Shown here in pieces: positions 14,105 through 26,300 of a stretch of DNA of 64,000 bases. Position numbers and translations under genes: made by a program. The DNA is from Octopus sinensis. Its lineage: Eukaryota. The stretch is taken from positions 78,554,001 to 78,618,000 of the forward strand of contig NC_043004.1 of assembly GCF_006345805.1 (NCBI RefSeq), written 5' to 3'. Position 1 is the stretch's first letter. Every line of letters begins with the position of its first letter. Under the pieces are notes generated by a model, which was not told the origin of the DNA, made no database searches, and saw only the letters and a program-made list of their open reading frames with translations.

Positions 14105-15075
14105 GTAGGTGTTGCTTTCGGAAGGCTACAAAGGCGCCTCTGGAGTCGGCGAGACATATGCAGAAAGACAAAGATAAAGGTATACAAGGCATGTGTGCTC
14201 CCTTCTCTTCTCTATGCCTGCGAGACGTGGGTCACATATCAATACCACCTTAAACAACTGGAACATTTCCATCAGATGTGTCTCAGACGGATCTATGGCA
14301 TTAAGTGGGAGGACCGCATCAGTGATCTTGAAATATTGGAAGGCTCTCGGTGCGAATGTATAGAAGCTCTTGTGTTAAAGCAAAGGCTCAGATGGAGTGG
14401 TATCTGGTCAGGATGAAGGATTCAAGGATGCCAAAACAACTCTTTTATGGAGAGTTAGCTAAAGGAGAACGACCTCCACATAAACCAAAAAAGAGGTATA
14501 AGGACTTGCTGAAGGCTTCCTTAAAAGATGCTTGCATCTCTCCTGACACATGGGGTGGGGGATAGCTATTGATCGTAGCAGGTGGAGAAGGATTGTACAC
14601 GAGGGGACAGCTACTATTGAGAAATCTCGAGTTGAGAAAGTAAGGAGGGATGTCAGGAAGGGCATCGCTGTTACACTTCCAGGTAGGAAGGGTCTTCCTA
14701 TGATGCTGACATGCAGTGTCTGTGCAAGACCCTGCCTCAGTAAAGCTGGACTCAAGAGTCATCTTCGTAGTCATAAAGCGAGACAGATGAGTGACAACAT
14801 GGCCACTAGTGGTGGTGTTACACACCATACTAATCATATCTATCAGGCATGTGGAAGAGAGTATAATTCGGCGGGAGGACTTAAACGGCATGCAAAGGTA
14901 CATGAAGCCCAGTTGCAACTACAGCCGGCTATTACCGGTAAAGGTTTTTAGCTACCAATTCTGTATAAGACATTGTAGATCTTTAGCTGGGCTAGAGTCA
15001 CATTCGATCACAGCACCAATAGCAGTTAAGCTTCGTGCAATGGCCATACTCGATAACGAAGGGGCAGCCATCATG
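14105..15075 (+). mobile_element. 5'-truncated RTE-clade LINE with three C-terminal C2H2 zinc-finger repeats
   Basis: VAFGRL..LW..TKIKVYKACVLPSLLYACETW, RLRWSG, RMPKQLFYGEL, DRSRWR, then CSVC..GLKSHLRSH and two decayed fingers; frameshifted; microsatellite tail. Confidence 0.9.
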
Positions 15076-15634
15076 TGTGTGTGTGTATGTATGTGTGTGT
15101 GTGTAAGTATGTATGTGTGTGTATGTATGTATGTGGTGGACATTTCTATGAACAAACGAGGGTTCTGAAAATTTTTGCTGAACAACCAGCAAAGATGATT
15201 TGTTTACAGTGATCATATGTTTGTGCAGCGCATCAACTTGCCTCCTCCATCCTATCGGCATTGCCGGTACACAATACACTGCCCCATCCATAAATCGAAA
15301 CCACGATCTTGCGATCGTGAGTGCAACAATAACACACACACACACACACATACACACAGATATACATACAAATATATATGCATATTTGCACGTATACATA
15401 CAAAAACAATTATATGCACACATTATATACAATATATATGTGTGTATGTGTATGTATATATACTTACACACACACACACACATACTGTTAAACCTATATA
15501 AGCCTACCTAGTGGCAATGCTTCTAACTCTACATTTATATCCAGCACCGTTAATTAGACAATTCTCATTCAAAGGACAATTATATCTATTTATACAATTG
15601 TAGTCTGCATTATTGTTATAATTATAATTGGCCA

Positions 15635-15689
<55 letters not shown>

Positions 15690-16334
15690 TTTTTATTATT
15701 ATTATTACTTGTTAACACAGTTACATTTGAAGTGGTTATGTTTTGCTGAAGATAAGTTGTGGCAGAATAATATAATTTAGTGATATTTCCGTTAAAGATC
15801 TTAAAATACTTATTTTCAAAGGCAGACGTTTCGCAAGTAATGCAAACAAAAAAGGAAAAAAAGAAAGAAATGAAAGCATTAGCAATAGGTGGGGTCATAC
15901 CAGTATTACATGGTGGATTATACCAATTATAATGCAATTATGCTCATTATGAATGTTCTTCCTAATTCTATACTGGTTGTTGGTAAAAATACACCTCATC
16001 TTTATATCCACTTTAGATCCATACCTCATAATTCGAGCAAAATCTTTATTCGTTAACTGAAAAGCGAGATAATCTAAATGAGATTTTTCGAATCCATTTT
16101 TTAAAAATATTAATAGGATCTTTTATCTTTTACTTGTTTCAGTTATTAGATCGCAGCCATGGTGGGGCACTGCCGCGAAGAACTTTTATTAGAACAAACC
16201 AATGCCAATATGCTTTTCTTCTAAGCCTAGTACTTATTCTATTGGTCCCTTTTACCAGACTGCTAAGTCACAGGATGTGAACGGACCAATACCGGTTGAC
16301 AAGCAGTGGAGGTGGACAAATACACACACACATA

Positions 16335-16369
<35 letters not shown>

Positions 16370-18363
16370 ATATACAATGGACTTCTTTCAGTTTCTCCTA
16401 CCAAATCCATTCACAAGGCATTGGTTGGCTTGAAGCTACAGCTGAAGACACTTGCCTGAGGTGCCACAAAGTGGGACTGAACTCGGAAACACGTGGCTTG
16501 GAAGCAAAATTCTTACCACGCCAGCACATCTGCGCCTGTGATGGTTAGAAAATTTATTGATATAACTAAGATTTTTATGTTCAAATCTAAGGATAATTAG
16601 ATCCTTTTCTAAACCCATTTATACATCAAAGCCTGCACTTAGTCATGATCATTTATTTCGGTGCAGATTTCATCCTAAATTAGTGAGTTCTTCCCTAAGT
16701 TGGAACAGGAGACCGGTAAGATCAGTGACCTTGGCCGAATCGCTCGCACCAGCACTCATAATTATATAGAACACCTGCAGATTTTTTTAGTGCTAATGAG
16801 TTATAAATATTCATATATGTCTTTGATAACCTTTAATCTTCGATATTGTTTTACAAAAAATAAGAACAATTAGAAACTCATTAATTTTAATTAATAACAA
16901 ACATGCTTATTATTCATTTTATGATATTTAAACATTTCACACTTTATTCTTCACATGAAGTATCTCCACATTTACTAAGCTGGTGAAAGGATGCACTTGA
17001 ACAAACAGTTTGAGAACATTTGATTTAAGGCTTTAGATAATCCATATTAATATTTGAGTCTGGAAGAACCGATTATACATCAATAGACATTGGCACTCTG
17101 TTGGTTTTGATGACAAGCGTTCCAGTTGATCCGATCAATGGAACAACCTGTGCGAGAAATTAATATGCAAGTGGCTGAGCACTCTACAGAGAGGTGTACC
17201 CTTCACATAGCCCTTAAGGAGATTCAGTGTAATATAAAATGTAACAAGGCTGGCCGTTTGAAATACAGGTACTACTCGTTTTTGCCAGCTGAGTGGACTG
17301 GAACAACATGAAATGAAATATTTTGCTCAAAGACAACACACTTCCTGGAATTGAACTAAGAACCGTGAGGTTGTGAGTTAAATACCCTAACCACTAAGCC
17401 ATACACCATCAATTCATATGCATAGACGTCAAATTGAAGAGATTTATTTCGGCCCTTATTAGAGGTTCTCTTTAACCAGCTTTTACTGCAACAAAGCTAA
17501 AGGGGGCACATCTAAAATCTTAGGTATATAGTACTCTCTTACTAAATGTACCTTTATCTCACATAGTAGGGGTTGCTCAATCTAATATTATTATCAAGTA
17601 GACGCTTAAGGATAGGTGTCAATTCATTACAGCCATTTCTAACAAACCTTTTAATGTACTCATTGATCAACTAAAAAATTCATTTGAAACAGCTGTAATG
17701 AATTAACACGTAGCCATCAATTGTAACATATATATATGTATATGTATACACACATATACGACGGGCTTCCTTCAGTTTCCATCTACCAAATCTACTCACA
17801 AGCCTTTGGTTGTCCCAAGGCTATAGTAGAAGACACTTGCTCAAGGTTCCAGGCAGTGGGACTGAACCCTACTTTACATCCTACTATACAGCCATGCCAG
17901 CGCCTAGGTGTTTCTTGGTCTGTTATTCTAAACCCTTTAGAATGGATTACCTCTATTTCTGAATTCAACTCCTGAATGCATATGAATAAATCCTTCTCTA
18001 ATGATTACAAGAACATTTACACAATTTCAATGCCATTGGTTTGTTATTACTTAACAAAATAGAAATCCTACCATTTCATCTTTTTATTAAGTAAGTCGGT
18101 TTGCTAAAAATGCAAATGTTCTGAATTTTCAAACGTTTTTCTGCATGGAATTGAAGTGTTTTCAGTGGATTAATTTATATAGTTTTTCTAAGAGTTCCAT
18201 ACCAAGGGGTAACATCAATTAATTACAAATACAGGGCGACTCATAATGTTGGGACAATTTTAATTGGCAAAGTACAAAATTGAGGTTTAATAAATGTGCT
18301 CATTGCAGTCCCAGTTACTTGCATTCAAAATATATCTTAAGTTCATATATATATATATATATA

Positions 18364-18574
18364 TATATATTATTCATAGAAAAATACATTGTACATTTAA
18401 ACACATAAGAGATGACCATAATAGGACATCTGACTCACTAGAAAGAGCAGTTAAACTCCAACCCACTAATAGTTGCAATTCTGAAAGGGAGTGAAAAACA
18501 AAAACTTTTCATTCCCTTTCAGAATTGCAACTATTAGTGGCTTGTACAATGTATTTTTATATGAATAATATATA
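18364..18574. repeat. Nested inverted repeat / fold-back
   Basis: Inner arms 18463-18497 and 18506-18540 (35 bp, 1 mismatch, 8-nt loop); outer arms 18364-18395 and 18543-18574 (32 bp, 1 mismatch). Confidence 0.95.
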
Positions 18575-18674
18575 GTCCATTGACTAATTTTTTCCTTCTC
18601 GCTAGAGCACTGGTAGCAAAGACATTTTTATAATTTTTTTTGCTACCCTAAGATTTATTATATATATATATATA

Positions 18675-19570
18675 TCATCATCATCATCGTTTAATGTCCA
18701 TTTCCATACTAGTATGGGTTGGACAGTTCAACCGGGGTCTGGGAAGCCAGGAGGCTGTACTAGGCTCCAATCTGATCTGGCAGTGTTTCTACAGCTGAAT
18801 GCCTTTCCTAACACCAACCACTCCATGAGTGTAGTGGGTGCTTTTTACGTGTCACCGGCACAGAAGCCAGTCAAGGCGGCGCTGGCATCGGCCACGTTCA
18901 GATGGTGCTTTCTATGTGCCACCGGCACAGGTATCTCAACTACAATTTCCATTTGATTTTTTTTTTTGATGTTGATGTACTTGACTCAATAGGTCTCCTC
19001 AAGCACAGCAGTTCATGTGCCACCGGCACAGAAGCCGGTCAAGGCGGCACTGGCATCGGTCACGTTTGGATGGTGCTTTTTATGTGCTGCCGGCACAGGT
19101 ATCTCAACTACAATTTCCATTTGATTTTTGTTTTGATGTTGATGTACTTGACTCAATAGGTCTCCTCAAGCACAGTAGGTCACCCTATGATCCAAGGTAA
19201 GCACAGCAGGTCGTTCTGCAATCCAGTTCTGGATGGGCTGGGGCTATGCAAAACTGGTGCAGGAAGCAGCCATGAACTCACATTATTTGTCGGGTCTTTG
19301 CAGTCACAGCATATCTTCACAGATCTCAGTCTTTCGTCATTGCCTGTAATGCCCAACGTTCGAAGGTCATGCTTGACTACCTCATCCCATGTCTTCCTGG
19401 GTCTACCTCTCTCCCCGGATACCTTCAACTGCTTGGGAGTGGCATTTCTTCACACATCTCTCCTCATCCATCCATAGTACATGACCATACCAGCGCAAAC
19501 GTCTCTCTTGCATACCACATCTGATGCTTCTTATGTCCAGCATTTCTCTCAGGGCACTTACACTCTGTCG
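18675..19570 (-). mobile_element. 5'-truncated RTE LINE (ORF end plus about 600-bp 3' UTR with (GAT)n tail)
   Basis: [27 protein letters not shown] linked to the 3' UTR family that litters this locus. Confidence 0.88.
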
Positions 19571-19588
19571 TGTGTGCACACTACATAC

Positions 19589-19619
<31 letters not shown>

Positions 19620-22600
19620 CATATATAAATATATCTTAAGTTCATATATATATATGTGTGTGTGTGTGTGTATAGGTGCAGACATGGCTGTGTGATAAGA
19701 AGCTTGCTTCCCAACCACATGGTTCCAGTTTCAGTCCCACTGCATGGCACCTTGGGTATGTGCTTTCTACTATAGCTTCAGTCTGAACAAAGTTTTGTGA
19801 GTAGATTTGGTAGACAGAATCTGGAAGAAGCTTGATGTAAATATATCTATGAGTGCATGGCTTTACCTCTCACCACCAATGTTGGTTTGTTTATGTCCCT
19901 GTAATTAGCGGTCTGACAAAAAGTACCAGCCGCGAAAAAATATGGAAGTACTGAGGTCAATTCATTTGAGTAAAAATTTCTTCAAGGCAGTGCTCTAGCA
20001 TGGTCGCAGTCTAATGACTGAAACAAGTAGACAATTATATATACTCTGTAGATATGAAGGAATTCCTGAAGTAAATCTAGTGGCATAATGTTGATAGCAC
20101 CAGGTAGCCAAACACGGTAAACAGGCTTTAAACGATGTACTACAAGGTGTATACCCAAATTTAAAATTATTACTTTATATATATATATGCACACACATAA
20201 ATGCAGGATGGGCCAAACATCTATCAAAACATTTGACATTTTATTTATATTATGCTATAATTCATTTTGTTCATGTACATGTGTATTCACCGTTATTTAG
20301 TTTTGGCAATTCTAGAAAAACTGAAGTATGTCTTAGGCAATTCTGGAGCATATTGGACCTATTTTGTGCCTGACTTTTGGGCCACCTTCTATATGTAAAA
20401 TGCACAACACAGGGTGAATCAGAAGACCAGAAATAAATTTAAATATTCAAAAGCAAATACATTCTTCCTATAGTATTGATGGACAGAGAAAGATGAGTGG
20501 GAGTCTCCTGATGAATGATTTCATGCTTTGCTGACCACTCCAGAGAAAACATACCCCACATCTTTTCCCCAAACAACACCATAAACCAGATGTTAAATAG
20601 TCATAAATTAGGCTAGCACTGTGGTGGATAGCCTAATCTGCATATTCATGCTTTTGAATGGCTTATCATTCATTCATTATCCTTTAATGTCCATTTACCA
20701 TGGGTTGGACAGTTTGACCAGAGCTGGCAAACCAGAGAGCTTGGTTTCTACAGCTGGATGCCATTCCTAATGCTAACCACTTTGCAGTGTGAGCTAGGTG
20801 CTTTTCAAGTGGCACCAGTATGAGTGCTTTTCCTGTGGAACCAGCATGAACATGCTATAGTTGATAAGAATTAACCATATACTTATCTGTTTGAGGCCAC
20901 TGCGTCTTAAGCCCTGAAAATAACTCCTCACATGCTACCATATGGCCTATCTCAGTTCAGTTAAGAATCAAATAATCTTGAACTTATCACGAATGCATTT
21001 TTAATACTTACAAAAATTTGCAATATTTGCAGTTTGATATCTCTAAAGTGAATGTATCTTGCCATTATCAATCTGGCCTATTTTATTTAGGCCTAAACTA
21101 AGGTGTCATTGCTCTTAACAGTCCTATCTTCTATTTTCATTTATTATTAAATTTCGATAATTTTGTCTGAGACAATTTTGTTATCAATTAGACAATATCT
21201 ATTTTATGCAAAACATAGAATTAATCAGAACTGGAATATATTTAAATATTACAAAACCTCATTGTAGGTTAAATAAGAATGTAAATATATTATTTCTATA
21301 CTACTGATGTGTCGGGAAAAAATAAAAAAATGAAGAGGTAGTCACCGGACAGACAGCTTTACAGTTTATTGATTGCTCCTCAGATATATTATATAGTGGT
21401 GAAACATGGGCACTGAATGTGTACATTGTGTGAAAGTTGTAAAATAATGAGGCAAACATGCCTCACAGGATGTCTAATACTAATATACATCAACAGTGGC
21501 ACACAAATAAGCAGAGAGGAAAACTGGATATAACAGCAATCAGAAATAATATGCAAGAGAGAAGACTGCACTGGCATGGGGATGTGATGCCTATAAAGAA
21601 TGACAGTTAGGTAGATCAGTGCTATTCAAAGTGATGGTCCATGGACCATCAGCTGCCAGTGTGCAGCGAGTTTCCAGAAAAGAAAGAAATATTATAAAAT
21701 GCTTATGTAATATTGTATTTTTTGCTTACAAAATAAATATTTAAAAAATTGTCAACTTTTATTATATTCATTATATACATTGTTTCCTGTATAAATTAAT
21801 ATTACTGGTCCCTGGCAAATTGGAAAACAAAGACTAGCCAGTATGCCACATCAGATAGTTTGTCACATATAGCATTTCATTATGGTAATGCTTGTCCAAA
21901 AAGCACTGGTGATGGTGCCACATAAAAAGCATTGGTGCTCATACTACAAAAAAGGCTTCCAGTACACTCTGTACTGGAAAGGGCATCCAGCCATAGAAAC
22001 CATGCCAAACATGAGAATGTAACCTGGTGCAGATCCTGTCAATCTGTCCAACCCATGCCAGCATTGAAAGCAGACATTAAATAATGATGATGACGATATC
22101 ACTTGTATAACACTACTGAACTATTAATCTTGTTTTCCAAGTTCTACCTTCCAACACTGTTTTAATCAAGTTACAACAGACACAAGTATGGCTGTGTGGT
22201 TAACATGTTGGCTTCCCAGCCATGTGGTTTCAAGTTCAGTCCCATTGCATGGCACCTTGGGTGTCTTCTACTATAGCCTCAGGCTGACCAAGGCCTTGTG
22301 AATGGATTTGGTAGACGGAAACTGAAAGAAAGCCATTGTGTATATATATATATAGCGATGTGCGTGTGTGTTTTTGTGTCTGTACTTGACCTCCATCACT
22401 ACTTAACAATTGGTGCTGGTGTGTTTAAGCTCCCTTAACTTAGTAGTACAGCAAAAAAGACCGATAGAATAAGTACCTGGCTTTAAAAGAGTAAGTCCTG
22501 GGGTAATTTATTCAACAAAAACTTCTTCAAGGGGGGGCTCCAACATGGCCACAGTATAATGACAGAAACAAGTAAAATGATAGTAGACATGGTGTTTGTA

Positions 22601-23126
22601 TGTTTGTGCCCTTGTTTAGACATCATATGATGATCACAGACAAGTATCACCATCATACATTTCCAGTTTCCCTGTGAAAAACAATTCTGGCCAAAGGAAA
22701 ATATTAACTTGGTTGGAAAAATGTAAGGAATGGTGACAGGAAGGGCATCCAGCTGTGGAAAATCTGCCCTGGCAAAATTCCATCTGACCCATGCAAGCAT
22801 GGAAAATTGGACGTTAAAATGATGATGATGATGGTGTGTGTGTGTGTGAAAGAGAGAGAGAGATGTGTGTCTGTGTTTGTTTACGTCTTCAATCGCTTGT
22901 TCAGAAGTGCAGCAGGCAGTGTATTGTCAGTTTCTCCTGCCTGGGGCATTTCATACCTTTGCAGCTGTGATTCCTTACTAGAAAACCAGGCAACGATTAG
23001 TATCAAAAAGAGCATCTGGCTGTAAAACAATGCTTCAAATAACATATTTGTCCAAACCTTGCAAACATAGTAAAACAGACGCAAAACAGAGCCATGAACC
23101 CAAATATACAAACATCCACAGATCTT

Positions 23127-23142
23127 TTTATTGAAATTTATT
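23127..23142 (-). terminator. Two AATAAA polyadenylation signals at and just after the DDX24 stop codon
   Basis: AATAAA at 23142-23137 (overlaps stop) and 23132-23127 on the minus strand; usage not testable here. Confidence 0.5.
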
Positions 23143-23334
23143 CACTGAATTGTTTCATCAACAGTTCTTTTCTTTTCTTCCGTCTCATTGCCTTCTGACG
23201 TTTCTTTTCAATTAAATTATTTTTCTTTAATTCATTCACATCTTTTATAACAATCTTCTTTTTCTGTTTCTTCTTGTCCTTCATCAACAACTTCTGATTT
23301 TGTAATTCACTAATTGCACTTGAAGAAGAATTGC
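23138..23334 (-). CDS. DDX24: DDX24 terminal exon 17 (Lys-rich C-terminus, TAA)
   Basis: Acceptor TTTATCTTTAG|; [15 protein letters not shown]...KQFSE*; 197 nt. Confidence 0.9.
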
Positions 23335-26300
23335 CTAAAGATAAAAAAAAAACACATATTAAAATCTAAAGCCATTGAAGAATTCTTTCTCAAAGAAAGT
23401 TTCATGAAACTGTTGGGTCTTTAAACACAGAAATTCAAATAGAAGATGCATAACCATCTCCACAGCACCAGCTGCTACCTATGCCATCACCAACACCACA
23501 AAGTAAGACAAATCTAGAATTCCTGTGTCCAAATTCAAATAAGATATCTGCATCTATTTTTGTGTTTTTCTCTCAACAACAAACATTTTTGGCAATTCAT
23601 CAATCTAAAATGCATAAACCTCCACCCTTTCACACTTATGTCTACGTTGTTTTGACCTGACAGGGTTCCAAGTGTCTACTGGACAATGTGAAACCATCAC
23701 AGCAACAATCAGTGGCTATGTTCAGTTATAATCACAGGGTTGATTAAATAAATCTGAAGGTACCACAAGGGAGAGTCAACGCTTTCAATATTTAAGCCTT
23801 CCCTCAAAAAAACATAAATCTTCAACTTACTAATTTCCATGGGATCACGAAGTTTTCCCATTTTGGTAGGGTACTTGGTGACTAGTTTCTTAGAAACTAG
23901 TTTCGTTTTCAACATCGTCTGTAACTGCATTTTCATGGAAGCGATTTTATGTCGTAGGTTTGCTTGGTCTCTTGAGTCCCCAAGGTCATATCTGTTAACA
24001 TTGGGTCAAGGTTACAACAATATCAATGCAAATCAAGTAATAACTACTATTCTATATTTTTGAGACGAGGAATTATGTACATTATTTACAATGGACAGAT
24101 ATGTGTCCTCACCTTGTTTCAGCTGATGTACTCTCCAGCCTTCATCAGGTGTTCTGGTGGCATTTCAAACCCAACCCTTAATTTCACTAATGGGGTACTC
24201 TGTTCTCATTCTTAAGATATTAATTTTTTTTTTTTTTTTGCTGATGTTACTTTTTCTGTTGATATTATGCCAGCACCGTGGCCGATGCCTTGACTGGCTT
24301 CTGTGCCGGTGGCATGTAAAAAGCACCAACCGATCGTGGCTGCTGCCAGCCTCCTCTGGCACCTGTGCCTGTGGCACGTAAAAAGCACCCATTACACTCA
24401 CGGAATGATTGGCGTTAGAAAGGGCATCCAGCTGTAGAAACACTGCCAGATCAGACTGGAGCCTGGTGCAGCCCCCTGGCTTCCCAGACCCCAGTCGAAC
24501 TGTCCAACCCATGCTAGCACGGAAAACGGGTGTTAAACGATGATGATGAAGTCCCTGCCTGGGGTTGAACTCAGAAACCGAGGGTTAGTAGCCTGCACTC
24601 TTATCCACCATGCTATATGCGCGTAGGCCTACAAGCATATAGCATAGCCTACATTCTTACCCACTATGATATATGTCGGTAGGTCTACGGGCGTATAGGG
24701 TAGTGGATAAGAGCATGGGCTACTAACCCTCAGATTCTGAGTTCAGTCCCAGGCAGAGACTTGGGAAATAACATCTACAGAAAAAATAACATCAGCAAAA
24801 AGGATACCTTAGGAATGAGAAAAGAATACCCCATCAGTGAAATAAAGGGTTGGGTTTGAAATTCCACCAGAACACCGGATGAAGGCTGGAGAATACATCA
24901 GCTGAAATGTTGCGGTAATAACAAACAAGATGAGGACACCTATCCATCCATTGTAAATAATACACAATAAAACAATCTCAGTAAACACTCTACATTGCAC
25001 CTAACAAGTCATTCACTCTTTAGATTATTAAAATTAACCCTCTGGGTACCACCCCAACTGAGACTGTCCCTTTGTTTTGTGATATGAATTTCTTGTTTAA
25101 AGTTACCTAAATTAAAACTTTCCATCAAAATTTTATGTTTTGTTCCAAACACCATCTTCATAATGAGAAAATTATTTTACTAAATTCTTCATTATTTTCA
25201 AAATTAATTGAGACAAAAGCAGTCTATTTCAAAAGAAATATAGTAACAAAAAGATTAAAGTGATCTAAATTAAAACCTTACATCAAAGTCTTGTGATAAT
25301 TTGTGAGCTGAGCACCAAACATACAACAAAAAGCTTGTAGTTTTTACCCACCAAATCCACTCGCAAGACTTTGGTCAAGCCAAGGCTGTGGTAAAAGACA
25401 CATGCCCAAGCTATCACACAGTGGAACTGAACCTGGAACCACATGTTTGGGAAATAAACTCAGATCATACAGCCATGAAATATTTTTCAAGGAGATAGAA
25501 CAGAGTATTTTCTAAATAAAAGTTGTGATGGTGGAGCTGCAGACAAAAAGGATACAGGTTATCTTCATCCAGTTCGATGTCCATCTCTTCTGCTGTCTTC
25601 CGGAACCAGTTATTTTCATGTTTTTTCTTGTCAAACCTACAAATATACATTAGAATAGAAATTTGCTAAAGCCACCATTTAATGAAGATTTACATGAAAT
25701 CAAACTGGGTATGGGGAAATTAGTTTGTGTAACAATCTCACCATTACTTGAACTTGAGGCCCTTCTTAAGCACTGAGCCACTGAAACAAAGTAGTGTTTT
25801 ATAAAGAATAGGAAAAAAAAAAAAAAAAATCGAGCTCAAGATAAGATCACTTGAACAAAAGATTTGAAGATCATCATCACCATAATTTTAATGTCCTGCT
25901 TTCCATACTTGCATGGATCAGATGGAATTTCCCGAAGTAGATTTGTTTTACAACACAACTGGATGCCCTTCCAATCACCCAGCCTCATTTGGATACTCAG
26001 AGAGTGTTACCACTAGAATAAGAATAGCTGGGCAAAGTTTAGAAACCTTCTACCCCTACCGGTGACAAAGGGTCTCTCGCTCTGAGTAAAAGGTAGATTG
26101 TACGATGCATGTGTGCAAACTGCCATGCTACACGGCAGTGAAACATAGACTGAGGACATGTGTAGACTCGAAAGAAATGAAGCTAGCATGATCCACTGGA
26201 TGTGTATGGTCATGTGCTACATATGGATGAGGAGACATGTGAGAAAGAGTGCCACTCCCAAACAGTTGAAGGAATCCAGGGTAGAGGTAGACCCAGGAAG

